64,000 bases of DNA, from assembly GCF_009914755.1 (NCBI RefSeq), contig NC_060935.1. One strand, given 5' to 3'. Origin of the DNA: the human T2T-CHM13v2.0 reference genome, Homo sapiens. A program made the translations under genes and the position numbers. A model generated the notes under the pieces. That model made no database searches. It saw only the letters and a program-made list of their open reading frames with translations, and was not told the DNA's origin. This document shows, piece after piece, positions 43,823 to 58,660 of this stretch (the first letter of the stretch is position 1; every line of letters starts with the position of its first letter).

Positions 43823-44602
43823 AATAGGGGACATATTTTTTTTCTCTCAAAATTTCAACTCTTGCAAATCAAAACTTTGGCTTTTGAAGCAGTTGTTCCT
43901 TGCTTTGATTTTTAAAATAAAGTATTCAGAAAATCTATTGATTTTTGTTGTTATTCCAGGCTGCATGTGCCCTCTCCTGAAGGTGGTTGGTAGCATTGTC
44001 TGTTGCTGGAGGGGGAACAGGAATAACAATTGCTCCACATTCTTAGTAAAACTTCATATACTAATTCTTTGTAATTTCAGACATTGTAATAAGTACATAG
44101 TCGTATCTTATTGTGGTTTTATGAGGTCGATCATCTTTTCATATGTTTGTTATCTGTATATTCCTTGGCAAAGTATCTGTTCAAATCTTTGTTATTTGGT
44201 TGTCTTGTTATTGCATTATGAGAGTTCTTTATATATTCTGGATCCAAGCTGTTTATCAGGTATGTGAATTGCAATTCTTTTTAGTTTGTTTTTATTCTCT
44301 TAATGCTATTTTGGAAGAGTAAGTGTTCTTAATTTGATGAAGTTCAATTTGTTCTTTCATGGGTCATACTTTTGGTGTCAAAGAAGTCTGCATAACACTA
44401 AGTCGCATAGACTTACTTCTATGCTTTATTCTTGAAATTTTATAGATTTAAGTTTTAGCTTTAGGTTTATAATCTATTTAGAGTTAATTTTTTTATAAGG
44501 TGTCACCTTTTCTATTGCTTACGAGCAATTATTCCAGTAGCATTTTTAAAAAGACTAATCTTTCTCTACTGAATTGCCTTTGCATTAAAAAATTGGTAGA
44601 TT

Positions 44603-44906
<304 letters not shown>

Positions 44907-45975
44907 TCAGTAGATCCCATATGTGTAGCCCTATTTCTGAATAGACCTCTATTCTCCATAACTCTCTATTCTGTTTCCTTGATCTGTTTGTCTAGCTTTG
45001 CACCAGTGCTGCACTGTCTTAGTTAGCATAGCTTTATAGTAAGACTTAAAATCAGGTAGTGTAAATCCTCTGTTATTTAACTTTTAACCGATTTGTGTTT
45101 TTATATTTAAAGTGTGTTTCTTGTTGGCTAAGTACAGTTCTTGCTTTTGTATGTAATCTGCTAATCTCTGCCTTCTAATTGGAATACTTAGGCTATTTAC
45201 ACTTAATGTGTTTTTAAAAAGGTGTTTGAGTTTAAACTACCATCTTGATATGTGATGTCTAATTTGTCTTATCTGTTTTTCTCACTTTTTTCTCTTCTCC
45301 TTCCTTTTAAGAAATTGAGTGTTTTTATGATTATATTTTATCTCCTTTGTTAGTTTATTAGCTATAACTCTTGTTGTATTACTGTAACGGTTGCTTTAGA
45401 GTTTATAGTACATGTTTACCTTATCAATATCTACCCACAAGTGATATTAGACCACTTCATGTATAGTATAAGATCTTTACATTTGTATACTTGTCATTCT
45501 CTCCTCTTTTTTATGTGCTATTTTTGTCACACATTTCATGTTATGTGTTATAATCTGCATGATGTATTTTTATTATTTTTGTTTTAAATGACCAATTATT
45601 TTTAAGAGATTTAAGCAACAAGAAAAAGTATTTTTTGTTTACCTGAGTTGTCATTTCTGGTCATCAACATTCCTTTGCATTGATTCAGATTTCCTTTAGT
45701 CTCACTTCTTCCTGAAGGACATCCTTTAACATTTTTTGTAGTATAGATCTACTGGTGATAAATTCTTTTTTAAAAAATGCTTTATTTTGTCTTCCTTCCT
45801 GAAAAGCATTCTTACTGGATATATAGAATTTGGGGTTGACTTTTTTCTTTCAGAACTTTAAAGCTATTGTTTTACTGTATTTTGCCTTGCATTGTTCTGA
45901 CTGGAAGTTTGCTTTTATTCTTATCTTGACCCTCTCTAAGTAATGTGTCTTTTATTCTCCATGTACTTTAACATA

Positions 45976-46351
45976 CAGTAGTTCTCCTTTATCTGCAGGG
46001 GATATTTTCCACGACCCCCAATGGATGTCTGAAACTGTTGATAGTACTGAACCTATATATACTATGTTTATTTCTATACATACATACCTATGATAAAGTT
46101 TAATTTATAAATTAGGCACAGTAAGAATTTAACAGCAATAATTAATAATGAAATAGAATAATTATAGAATAATATAATAGTATAACAATATAGTATAAAA
46201 AAGTTATTTGAATGTGCTCTCTCTTCTTTTTTTTCTCCTCTCTCTCTCAAAATATCTTAGTGCACTGTACTCACCTATTTTCAAATTATGTTTGACCACG
46301 GGTAACTGAAACCATGGAAAGGGAAACCACAGATAAGTGGTGATTACACTG
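45976..46351 (+). mobile_element. MER44A-like Tigger MITE
   Basis: TA|CAGTAGTTCTCCTTTATCTGCAGGGGATA..AAATTAGGCACAGTAAG..GGTAACTGAAACCATGGAAAG..ACTG|TA. Confidence 0.85.
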
Positions 46352-48046
46352 TATTCTCTATATCACTGATTTTAAGCAATTTGATTATGCTGTGCCTTGG
46401 TGATGTTTTCTTCATGCTTTTGTGATTGGAGTTCATTGAAAATCTTTGATCTGTGGGTTTATAGTTTTCATCAACTTTGAAAAATATTATATTTGACCAT
46501 TATTTTCTCAAATATTTTTCTGCTCCTCCCATTTTGAAGACTCTAATTACATGTGTATTAGGCCATTTGAAGATGTCCTACTGTTCACTACTGCTAATTA
46601 TTTTTAGTCTTTTTCTGTTTGTTTAACTTTGGATAGTTTTTGTTGTTTTATGAATCTTTCTCCTGCAATATCTAATCTGCTGTTAATCTGCCCCACACCA
46701 GTGTATTTTACTTACTCTGAGACATTATAGATTTTACCTTTAGAAATTAAATTTGGGTTTTAAAATATTTTCTGTCTACTTAACTATTCAATATTTCCTG
46801 TAGCTTCTTGAGTATATGGAACATGGTATAATACATTTTAATGTCCTTATTTATGAATTCTATCATGTGTGTTATTTCTGGGCCAGTTTAATTAATCGCC
46901 TTTTCTCCTTATGAGTTCATATTGTCTTCCTTTTTTTGCTGGCTTATTAATTTTTGATTGGATAATAGGCATGAATTTTACTTTTTTGGCTGCCGGATAT
47001 TTTTGTATCCCATACCTATTCTTAAGTTTTGTTCTGAGACACAGTAGAGTTACTTGGAAACAGCTTGAACCTTTTATTTCTTGCTTTTATTTTTTTTAGG
47101 TGAGGGCAGAATAGCAGTTTGTCTCGGATGAATTTTACTCTACTTCTGAGGCATAATGTTTTTGAGTATATTACTCAATGCCCCATTAATTATGAGGTTT
47201 TTCCAATCTGGCTGATGGGAAAGGTAACTATTCCTGATCCTGTATGATCTCCAGTGATTGCTCCCTGTACATCTTCCGCAGTGCTTTTCCCAGCCTCGGG
47301 CAATTTCTTCACATGTATAATCTGATCAGTTCTTGGTTGAAGACTTAATGAGACCCTTTGTAGATCACCAGAGCTTCCTGCAGTAGAGTTTACTCTTCTC
47401 CCGTAATTTGTTCTAAGAACTCTAGCCACCTTGGTTTCTCTAAATTCCTGGCTCTGTCTCTTCAACTCAGAGGAGTCCTTGTGCCATGACATAGAAATTA
47501 GTAGGGTAATAAGACGAAATGATTGTAGAGCTCATCTCTGTTGTTTCCTATTTCTAAGAGATCACTGTCCTTAATTGCCTGGTATCTAATGTCTTAAAAA
47601 TCATTGTCTCTATTTTGTCCAGTTTTTAATTGCTTCAGGTGGGAAGTTAAATTCAGTCAAGTGATTACGTCTTGGCTGAAAACATTTCAATGTATGTTTG
47701 TAAAGATGACTTTGCTCTGTGGATAATAAATGGGAAGGCAAGTAAGTTTTGCTGGACATCAGGTTTAAAAAAAAATCAGTAAAATATAGCCAATATAGGT
47801 AAAGCCTACCCCATATTGTTATTATGAAAATTAAGTGAGATAATACATACAGTATACAAAGAAGATCAGCTCCACTCTTTTCTTCATGGTATAAAGATGA
47901 TAAATAATTTAAAGAATATTCATTTCATATCCCCAGGTAAAAACACTTAATATATGTTTGTTGTTGGAAATTCAATTCCCTTGTAAGATGGCAAAATAAT
48001 CTAGCCAACAGTGACATCAAGATGTCAAGGTAAATAAAAATGGTTA

Positions 48047-48361
<315 letters not shown>

Positions 48362-50289
48362 ACACAATAACAGCATACGTATACCTATTACCCTGGTAAG
48401 TTCTTACAGGAGGGTCCCACCATGGATGGAGGAGCCCCAGATAATTGTGAAGGGACTCAAGAGATAAAACTGACAGAGATCTTTTACAAACAGTTCGCTT
48501 GTAGACTTGAAAGAAATCTGTAGGACAATAATGCCACCTTGGAACACCTGCGATGAACACGTTAGCAGAAATAATGCAAGCTTATTATTTCAGAGTACAC
48601 AATGCCTCTAAAAGAAAACTTCCTCAAGAGGAACACATTTAAAGACATAGCTGTTTATTGTCAAAACAGAGGGAAAAGATAGAAATTGTCTGAATTTTAA
48701 AATTAGAGTCTTAATATTTATAGTTCCTGAGTATTTGAGCACACAAGAAACCTCTTCTTTATTGCACATGAGAATTGATTCTCACTCCCCTGTTCCTTCT
48801 AAACAAATGGCTACAACAAAACCATCTTCATGTCCAGCTACACTGAAGAAAATTCTTGTTTTGTTCTTAGGCTCTTTCATTTCCAACATGCACTGTCTTG
48901 AGCCAACTCTAAGATAAGCAGTTACTATTTGAAAAGTTTATCAAATAATTTCCAAGAGGCTTCCCTTTGCTGTTTATGTTAGAAAGTTGTTTCTGCCTGA
49001 TATTATATTGATTCTAAGCAGTGTATGTGGTGAGAGTCCATGCTGATCCAATGCAGCTTACTCCAAGCTTTCACGTATATGAGAGCTCATTTTGGGTACA
49101 TCTATATTTTTTAAACAAAAATACCTGATTAGCAAATCCCACAGCGAGGTAAGTCCCTAGCTCAGCCCTCCAAATGTTTACTACTACTTTTTGGCTGCTG
49201 GAATATTTACCATAATAAGCAAAACTTTAATCAAATCAGCAAAGGTTTTTCAATTGCAGTATTCAAGTTCCCTCATTCTGAATTCATGCTGACTGTCTCC
49301 ATTAGCACTGATAACCGGATGCAAAGAACAAGGGATGGGATAAAACCCTTTTTTCACTGAAAAGGGAAGTTACAAATAATGATAAGTTTTCCTAGCTTTT
49401 GAATTTAACAGCTCAGCTAACAAAAATGAGCATATTGTTGTCTCGCTAACCAAAGTGATCTAATTCCCTGAAAATAGTTGATCATATCTGCTGAACTGGT
49501 GCTACTCTCTGCCATATTTTCTATTTTGATCCTCATTTTGTTCATGAAACAGCAACAATGATTTAGAGTGACATGTTGTTGCTATGGAATCTTATTTCTC
49601 TTTGCTTTTAGTCTATTGAGGACTTGTGAGCTCTTAAATGTCTTTGCATGAGTTACTGCTCAAACGCACTGATGCACTGATGGGCTGGGCAGCTGTTCAA
49701 ACCCAAACTCAAACCAGGGATGGTTACAGAGTGAAAGATTGGGTTTTGAGCTGTGTAGCACATAAAATAAAAACAAGTCAAATGTTTAAGTCATGGCCTG
49801 TAACTTTATCTTGAAGGATTTTGATGATTCGAGCATTACTGCTGTGGTTTGGGACTGTTTTAGCCCCAGCATTTACAGTTATTCTTTTTTATTCCATGTA
49901 TGGCACTCTGAGTTACTTCTCTTGCCTGATTTTCCTAAGGCAAAGTGGTGCAGATTGACAAAGGCTCTTCCTCTCATGGCCTGGCAACAGATATCTTTAC
50001 ATCTAAAGGAAAAATTCAGCTCAGTTGCTCTGATATCAAACATTGGATGTTTGTTACCCTGCTGAGAGGTTCCATAGGAAATTCACTGGTGTGCAGTCTC
50101 CACAAGGATCGGGACATTGTTTTATTTACTGCCGTCTAGCTAGCAGTTTGAACTGGAACTTAATCCAGAATAGGCAATCAATTAATATTTGCTTAAATGG
50201 TTGAATGTAATCAAGGAAGCTTATTATTGAAAGGGACCTGAGCCCTGCTGATTCTATTTCCCAGTCACTTTAAGTGTCTCTTCTACAGA

Positions 50290-50500
50290 ATGATGACTGC
50301 TGACCTATATCTTCTGGAACCCCTACAGCCACAAGACCCTTCACTACCTAGAAAGTAATCCATTCCATTTGTGGAGGTCTTCCACTGTTCAAAAGCTTCA
50401 TCTTACATGAGATCACAATCTATCTCTCTCAATTTCTTCTTTAATTCTTATTTTTCCCTCTAGAAGGACACCTTCTTTCTCCTAACAATGCTTCAAATAG
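50290..50500 (-). mobile_element. L3/CR1 LINE 3' fragment
   Basis: CTTCACTACCTAG..CCATTCCATTTGTGG..CTGTTCAAAAGCTTCATCTTACATGAG resembles the antisense L3 3' region. Confidence 0.5.
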
Positions 50501-52488
50501 CAGGGGATAGGCCCCACAATCCCTGTAGAGCCCAAATGGCATAGAGTATAAATGGCTAAATGGTGTAACCCATAAAACCAGGAAGGCGCTCTCTTCTTTT
50601 ACAGAACAGCTGATTTTTAGGACAGTTTTCAGACCTACCAATTTTAAAGATTGCATGATACTAATAGGGTAATCAGGATTCATTACAGTATAAGAAATTA
50701 CTGGACCTTAGTGGGGAAATCTCCATTTTAATTTTGCCTGACATAAAGCTTTAGGGAACTGAGATGATCAAGGAGTTATATGTAAATTTTTGATTGGTAA
50801 AGATCTTGGAAATGAAATCTTAATTAATTAATCATCCAACTCTTTCTTAATTGAGCACCTACTCTGTGCCATCACTTAATTTTCCTATATTGAATTAAGG
50901 CTTTATTACTAAACCTTAAGATTTATTGAGTGCTATTGCTCTGCAAATGTTATCATACTGAATTCTCATAAAAACCTCTGATGATGATTCTGTTATTATC
51001 CTCATTCTCATAAAAGGAAACTTAAGTTCAGCCAGGATGAGGAACTAATCCAAGGTCAGTAACAAGAATGTCAAGGATTGAGGCTTCAAACTCAGATGTG
51101 TCTTGGCACCAAAGCGCTCTTAATCTCTAGGCCATATATTTCTAAAGAGAAATAAATTATTGCAGGGAAAAATCTGGGTTCAATTAGTTTTTGTATTTCT
51201 CATAGTGCCTTTCATAGTCAATGCTCAATAAATATACATTGAATAAATAAACACATTTGGTGAATGTGGACCTTGGGACAAAGCATGAGCCACAACTTAA
51301 CACTTTATGCCTCAAATTTCACCTCCGTGAAATGAGAGAATTGGGCTGAATCATTGACGTTTTCCCCCCGTCTTAAGCGTGTCTGCTGCTAGTCTAAAAA
51401 TGAGGATGAAGTGGAGTTTAACAGCCACAGACAAGAGTGAAGAGCATTTCTAGAGGAGCAATATGACCTAATAGAACATTCCTTCGAACAGAATGTCCCT
51501 CTGCCCAAAATACCCTTTCTCCACTTGTTCATTTGGCAAATGTCCAATGACCAGCTCAGCTGGCCTCTCCTCTGAAGCTGTCCTTGACCTCTCCCTCAAT
51601 ACACATCTCCCCCTACCACACACACACAATTATCTCCTTTTGAGGGGCCCCAAGTACACTGTGCACGATTAGTGCTTACTTCACGTGCCTGTCTCTGTAC
51701 TCTCATACCCTAGACCGTGAGTTCCTTAAAGACAAAACTGCATCGTATTTCTCTCCAGGCCCATCACAGAGCCTGGCACATAAAGCAAGGCTTCAGTAAG
51801 TGTTTTTTGAGTGCCCATATGAATCAGCAGGGCATATGTTTGGGAACTGGAGGGGAACAATTTGACCTTAATAGAGGATTCATGCCAGGAAACAGGGAGA
51901 AATCAACTTAGTAGGATAGGGTGAGGCTTGAAGTCCAGAAAAGGGAACTTGGGCTTGGTGCCCCAGGCATTACAAAGCCACTGTACCGTTCTTAGGGGAG
52001 AAGTGATGACAAAAAGAAAATCTTATTGGGAAGATTAGTGTAAATATGGTTTCTCATTTTTTAAAAAAAATGAGTAAAGGTTATGAACTTGCTTTCTTCC
52101 TTTACATATTGTTAATAAATCCACATCTCATTTACTGTATCTAACACTTGCATACATAGAAAACACAGACTAGTCTGGTTTGAAGGTGTTTTTCTTTTTT
52201 TATTTTAAGTAAATGAATCTTTAATGAATTACTAACACAGTAAACAAACATCTGAACTAGGATGAACCAAATGTGAATAAGTCTAAACTGTGTTTATCAC
52301 GTATGTAGCACCTAGCTCGGTGCCTTACACATATTAAGTGTTCAATGAGTATTTGTGGGATGTCAAGTTGATATTGCATTGTGGTTACCTTCACTCTGGT
52401 TACTCACACAGATAGAGAAAAACAGCAGTCCCCAGATCTAAATCACAGTGATTATTTTAGAAGATTAAAAGATTAAAAAAATAAATTA

Positions 52489-52792
52489 GGCTAGTCGCGG
52501 TGGCTCATGCCTATAATCCAAGCACTTTGGGAGGCTGAGGTGAGCAGATCTCTTGAGCTTAGGGGTTCAAGACCAGCTTGGGCAACATGGTGAAACCCCA
52601 TCTCTACAAAAAATACAAAAATTAGCCAGGCGTGGTGGCACATGTCTATAGTCCCAGCTACTTGGCTGAGGTGGGAGAATCACATGAGCCCAAGAGGTTG
52701 ATGCTGCGGTGAGTCATGAATACACCACTGCACTCCAGCCTGGGTGACAGAGCAAGACCCTGTCTCAACAGACAAATAAATAATAAAATAAT
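52489..52792 (+). mobile_element. AluJb
   Basis: CTTGAGCTTAGG, GGGCAACATGGTGAAACC, GAGCCCAAGAGGTTGATGCTGC, AGCAAGACCCTGTCTC. Confidence 0.9.
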
Positions 52793-53243
52793 TCATTAAT
52801 TAAAGATGGAAAGACTTTAGCCTTTGTGTTTAGAATACGAACAAATCTTTTTATTCATATCAATGCTTGCCTTTTAATTCTCTAAAATGTAAAGTAATAT
52901 TAAAATATGTTCATTGTTAGGGCACATGTCAAATGACTACAGCAGATCGTAGCTGAAAAATGCATTCCATCACAGCAAGACACCCACCCCAGTGTAAGCA
53001 ACCAAGTGGATCAAATTTCTCTAAAATCCAAACAGACCCCTTTATCCTCTGGTGTCTTGAAGAAGCTGGCCCTGGAAAAGAGTCCTCTCAGTTCAAGTGC
53101 ATTGACAGAGGTGCTTTAGCCATCTTCCCCCAGGTGGTAATCCACATTACCATGCAGTTGTATCATTTTGCTGTCTTGGGATTTAAACTCATAAGTGGTT
53201 TCAGAATGTACAACTTTCTTCCTAACTTGAAGAGCAGAAAGGG

Positions 53244-53245
<2 letters not shown>

Positions 53246-53299
<54 letters not shown>
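53246..53299. repeat. (GT)27 microsatellite
   Basis: Direct inspection. Confidence 0.97.
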
Positions 53300-53302
<3 letters not shown>

Positions 53303-54118
53303 AAAGTAGGGAGGGCCTAAGGGGACTCCTCTGTGATATTTGGTGTCTGATTTTGAGTAATTGAGCTTCTCAGTGACTAAGCACGGTGCTATTAGATGAA
53401 CAATATGTGACGTTGCCTGATGTAGTGCATAATGATCTCATTTGGACCACCTATGAATCAACATTTATGCCTAGGAAAGGGTGAGGCTTTATCTTTATTC
53501 CTAGATTATGATAAGGATTTCCATAATTTTGCTTCTCTATGGATGGCTTATCTCTATCTGTGTGGAGCTATGCAGCTCTTCCAAGCTTGGCTCTCATGCA
53601 TATTTATCACTTTTAAATTTACAGCTAATTACTAGGATATTATGTCAGAAATAAATGAGAACAACCCCAGTCTCCAGTAGTTTCATCTATAGCAAAAGGG
53701 CAACAGAAAGAACTGAGGAAAGGTGGCAGGCTCTTTCCTTATACTTGGAAACCTCGTCATAACATAAATTTTAGCCAGAAATTGGCTATTGTATAACAGG
53801 TCTTTGAACCACGTCCTAGTTATTAAAATCCTAAAAGATCTCATGATAGCAAGGTCTCACTTCTTGTGTGTATTATTATTGGTGCTTGTAAATTTGGAGG
53901 GTAAATCTGAATCGTGTCAAAAAGGATCCCATTCCTCACTGATGTTCATGTATATTTCAAAGATAACTTATCTTCATTCCTGATTTTGATCTTTCTTTGG
54001 TATTGGCTCCTAGCTCTCTGGATTTATGTATCTCTGCCCCTGTCCCTTTTGAAAGTAGTTAATCTTCCCCAGTAGTTGTGAATATAATGTACTGGAAAAG
54101 AATGTAGGCTTTGGAGCC

Positions 54119-54490
54119 TGTAGTAGTTATTAGGCTGTTTATTAAATATTTCTGATTCTCCCTCTGGGCATAACAGATTTTTACCTCCCTGCCTCCTTAA
54201 AGGTAGGAATATTCATATGGCTTGTATTGGTCAAGAAACTGGAAGTGTAAAGGATGTGGCCACTTCCAGATGGAAAGTTTAAGGGCCTATGTGTGATTCA
54301 ACTCACCACTCTCCTTTTTAACTTCTGCTTCCATAATCATGGAATCATGGAGATGGAGCCTTCCTCAGATTGAGTCTCCGACCAAGGACAACATAGAACA
54401 GAACCCTCAACAAATAACGTTAGTTGTTTTTAAGTCACTAAGACTTAGAGGTTGGCTGTTATCCCTGCAGAACCCAGCTTCTACAGTGCC
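54119..54490 (+). mobile_element. MLT1I/J-like old MaLR LTR inserted in a MIR
   Basis: CCCTGCCTCCTTAAAGGTAGG; CACTTCCAGATGGAAAGTTTAAG; GAGATGGAGCCTTCCTCAG; TTGTTTTTAAGTCACTAAGA. Confidence 0.6.
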
Positions 54491-55883
54491 AAAGACAGTC
54501 CTAGACTCAGATCCTTGAACAAAGTATGGAATTTCTTTGACTCCCTCAGGGAGTCATATGAAGAGTAAATAAATGTATGTAAGTAGAATGGTTTGCCCCC
54601 AAAAATGTACATACCAATGTTGATTTCCTCTGTCCTCCTTCTTCCTCTTTATCCATGAGGAGAGAAAGGGTGTCTTGTTTATCACTAGATTGTGCCTAGC
54701 ATAAGCCCTGAAATATAGAGGTGCTTAAACAAATAAGTAAGAGCATAGAACTATCTGAATGAACTTAGATAGTAACTTTTTTACTGATCCTTTAGCAATC
54801 ATTGTGCAACATAAATATTCTTTTCTTTCTATCAATTTTCTCATATCAGGTTTTCCAAGGCACATTCGGACAATGAGACAGGTTGGATAGGAAGAGAGGT
54901 CTGTACTGGGATTTTAATTCCTGCATAACTAGTTGCAAATCAGAGTGACTCTGGACTGAATGGGACAATTCGTAGCATTCTGAGCTGAAGTGGCAATGGC
55001 TCCACTGGCCTCCACATTGACCGGACCTCTTTTGGAGAAATAAGCTCTGCTCTGAGCAACACATTGAGAATGATCTTAACAAATTAGAAAACACACAAGT
55101 AGCAGGTAAGGGGGCAGACATTGTAGGCAGAGCAAGATGCTGAGAAGTTGGAAAGGTATTGTTTATTGCTCCAAACTCCCTCATGCTGCTGGGAGGTTAA
55201 TTGAACACAGAAACTATTTGTATTCTCACTACTTTAGCAGACAAAGTGAGTAAAAATGTTGCCAGTGGATAAATTAGTCTGTACTGTGACCCAGGGACAC
55301 AGAGTTTTTAAGAAGAGAAATAATGTCCCCATCCACTTGTTTAGAAATCATAGAGGAAGAAAAGAAACCTAAAATTATCCAGCAAACAGAAAGATGGAAA
55401 ATCATTAACACAGAGTTTTGCTGCCCTATTTCATCATGAACTGCATTTGCAAAGCAAAAAGGGGCCCAGCATTAGACAGGAGGAAAAGAGGACAATGCGA
55501 AGAAGAGAGGAGGAAATACGAGCTGTGAGCCATCAACCAGGACAGATCTCTTTGCAGGGATCTTTTTGCAGAGATCTGGGGGCTGCTAATCCAGGGTTTC
55601 AAGGAGGCACTAAGATACCAGAGGAAACTACTGTCGAGATAGGCATGGTGCCAGGGCACCTGAGCTTCATCAGGAGAAAAAGGATGACATTAGTGAGAAA
55701 ATAGAATCTTCTTGATTAATCTGGGATAGGAGAATCAGAACCATAAGAGATTAGTTTCAGAGACTGGCCTGAGATTCTCTAAGATTTTCTAAGACATCTT
55801 AAGGTGAAATTTGACTTTACGTGCTAAACCTATAATTGTTGTCACCATTGTATGCATTTTTCCCTTAGCAACTCCTACCTAGT

Positions 55884-57977
55884 TTTATTAGTTCATTCTC
55901 CTGCTGCTAATGAAGACATACCTGAGACCGGGATAATTTATAAAGAAAAGAGGTTTAATTGACTCACAGTACTGCATTGCTAGGGAGGCCTCAGGAAATG
56001 TACAATCATGGCAGAAGGCACCTTTTCACAGGGCAGCAGGAAAGAGAATGAGTGCTGGGCAAAGGGGGAAGCACTTTATAAAACCAACAGATCTCATGGG
56101 AACTCACTCACTATCATGAGAACAGCATGGGGGAAACCACCCCCATGATTCAATTATCTCCACCTTCTCCTGCCATTGACATGTCGGGATTATTACAATT
56201 CAAGGTGAGATTTGGGTGCGGACACAGAGCCAAACCATATAATTCCACCCCTGGACCCTCTCAAATCTCATGTCCTCACATTTCAAAACACAATCATGCC
56301 CTTCCAACAGTCACCCAAAGTCTTAACTCATTTCAGTGTTAACTCAAAACTCCACAGTCCACAGTCTCATCTGAGACAAGGCAAATCCCTTCCACCTATG
56401 AGCCTATAAAATCAAAAACAGGTTAGTTACTTCCTAGATACAAGGGTGTACAGGCATTGGGTAAATACACTCATTCCAAATGGGATAAATTGGCCAAAAA
56501 CTACATTGGCTACAGGTTCCATGCAAGTCTTAAATCCAACAGGGCAGTCATTAAACCTTAAAGTTCCAAAATGATCTCCTTTGACTCTGTGGCTCACATC
56601 CAGGTCATGATGATCAAGAGGTGGGTTCCCATGGTCTTAGGCAGCTCCATCCCTGTGGCTTTGCTTCCCCCTCTCCACTGCTTTCATGGCTGGCATTGAG
56701 TGCTTGCAGCTTTTCCAAGGGCACAGCGCAAGCTGTAGGTGGATCTATCATTCTGGGGGAAGGAGGATGTCATAGCTCCATTAGTCAGTGCCCCAGTGGG
56801 GACTCTGTGTGGGGGCTCTGACCCCACATTTCCCTTCTGCACTGTCCTAACAGAGGTTCTCCATGAGGGCTCTACCTCTGCAGCAAACTTCTGCCTGGAA
56901 ATCCAGGCATTTCCATACATCTTCTGAAATCTAAGTGGAGGTTTCCAAACCTCAATTCTTGTCTTCTGTGTACTGACAGGACCAACACCACATGGAAGCT
57001 GCCAAGGCTGGGGACTTACACCTTCTGAAGCAATGGCCTGAGCTGTACTTTGGCCCCTTTTAGCCATGGCTACAGCAGCTGGGATGCAGAGCTTGAATTT
57101 TTCCCCAGAAAATGGGCTTTTCTTTTCTACTGCATGTTCAGGCTGCAAATTTTCTAAACGTTTATGCTCGGGCACCTCTTGAATGATTGCTGCTTAGAAA
57201 TTTATTCCACCAGATACCCTAAATCATCTCTCTCAAGTTCAAAGTTCCACAGATCTCTAGGGCAGGGGCAAAAAGCCACCAGTCTCTTTGCTAAGCATAA
57301 CAAGAGTGTCTTTTACTCCATTTCCCAAAAAGTTCCTCATTGTACCTGAGACCACCTCAGCCTGGACTTCATTTTCCATATCACTATCAGCATTTTGGCC
57401 AAAGCCATTCAATAAGTCTCTAGGAAGTTGCAAACTTTCCCACATCTTCCTGTCTTCTAAGTCCTCCAAGTTTCTATGTAAAGTTCCAAACTTTCCCACA
57501 TTTTTCTGTCTTCTGAGCCCTCCAAACTGTTCCAATCTCTGCCTGTTACCCAGTTCCAAAGTTGCTTCCATATTTTGGGGTATCCTTATAGCAGTGCCCC
57601 ACACCCTTGGTACCAATTTACTGTATTAGTTTGTTCTCACACTGCTAATAAGGACATACCTGGGACTGGGTAATTTATACAGGAATGAGGTTTAATTGAC
57701 TCAGTTCTGCATTGCTGAGGAGATCTCAGGAAAATTACAAGCATGCAGAAGGCATCTCTTCACAGGGTGGCAGGAGAGAGAATGAGTGCTGAGCAAAGGG
57801 GGAAGCCCCTTATAAAACCATCAGATCTCACAAGACCTCACTCACTATCGTGAGAACAGCATGGGGGAAACCACCCTTATGAGTTCAGTTATCTCCACCT
57901 GGTCCTGCCCTTGACATGTGGGGACTATTATAATTCAAAGTGAGATTTGGGTGGGGACAGAGAGCCAAACTATATCA
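55884..57977 (-). mobile_element. THE1 (THE1C/D-like) MaLR element: LTR 55884-56242, internal 56243-57621, LTR 57622-57977
   Basis: Two ~357-bp direct LTRs (..TATTAGTT..GAGCCAAAC..TAT); THE1-int motifs CAGTGCCCCAGTGGGGACTCTGTGTGGGG and GGTACCAATTTAC; near-TSD CTAGT (55879-55883) / ATAGT (57978-57982). Confidence 0.93.
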
Positions 57978-58044
57978 ATAGTATAAAGGTAGCTTTTACC
58001 ACATCCAAGGCAAGTGGTCTAGGAAGAATTTATTGATGACGTTA

Positions 58045-58660
58045 TTTATTCATTCCATCATAAGCACTGAACACCTACTATGTGCCAGCCAACATGCTAG
58101 GTACTAGTGATACATAAAATTAAAGTCTTTGTCCTATAGAATTTCACTGGCTAGTGGAGGAAAAAGAGCCAGAAACAGGCAATTAGATTGCAATGTGGGA
58201 TCTGGGTGCTGTGATAGGGGTGAGTACAAGAGATCCTGGAAGCTTCTGGGAAGAGCACCCAACCCAAGGGACGAGGGTAAGGAGCAAGAGGTGGGAAGGG
58301 AAGGGTCAGGGAAGAGATTATTCCATAAAAGCTTGGAGGATGAGCTGGAGTCTGCCTACACAGGATGGTGCTGGTGTGTGCTATTACTCAGGTCCACCAT
58401 GTGACATAAGAAGAGGTAAGAGGTGAGACTGAGAGAGCAGGGGCCTGGTCCCTCAGAAGGCCTTCATGGGGCTTGGACTTCATTCCAGGGGGAAATGGGG
58501 AGCCATGACAGGGTTTTAGGTAGGTACGTGACACGTTCAGCTTCTCATAATTATTCTTTGAAGGAGATGGCTCTGGGGGTTGGGGGAGATGGATTTGAAA
58601 AGGGGAGAGTGGAGGTGGGGAGATTAGTCAGGAGGCTTGGCAGCCAACTCTGTGAGATAT
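58045..58660 (-). mobile_element. L2 fragment (3' end)
   Basis: TTCATTCCATCATAAGCACTGAACACCTACTATGTGCCAG; GGGGAGCCATGACAGGGTTTTAG. Confidence 0.6.

Noticed and set aside
56684-57175. 163-aa ORF in the THE1 internal region
   Set aside because: Fragment of decayed MaLR internal sequence common to many copies; no sign of an intact gene
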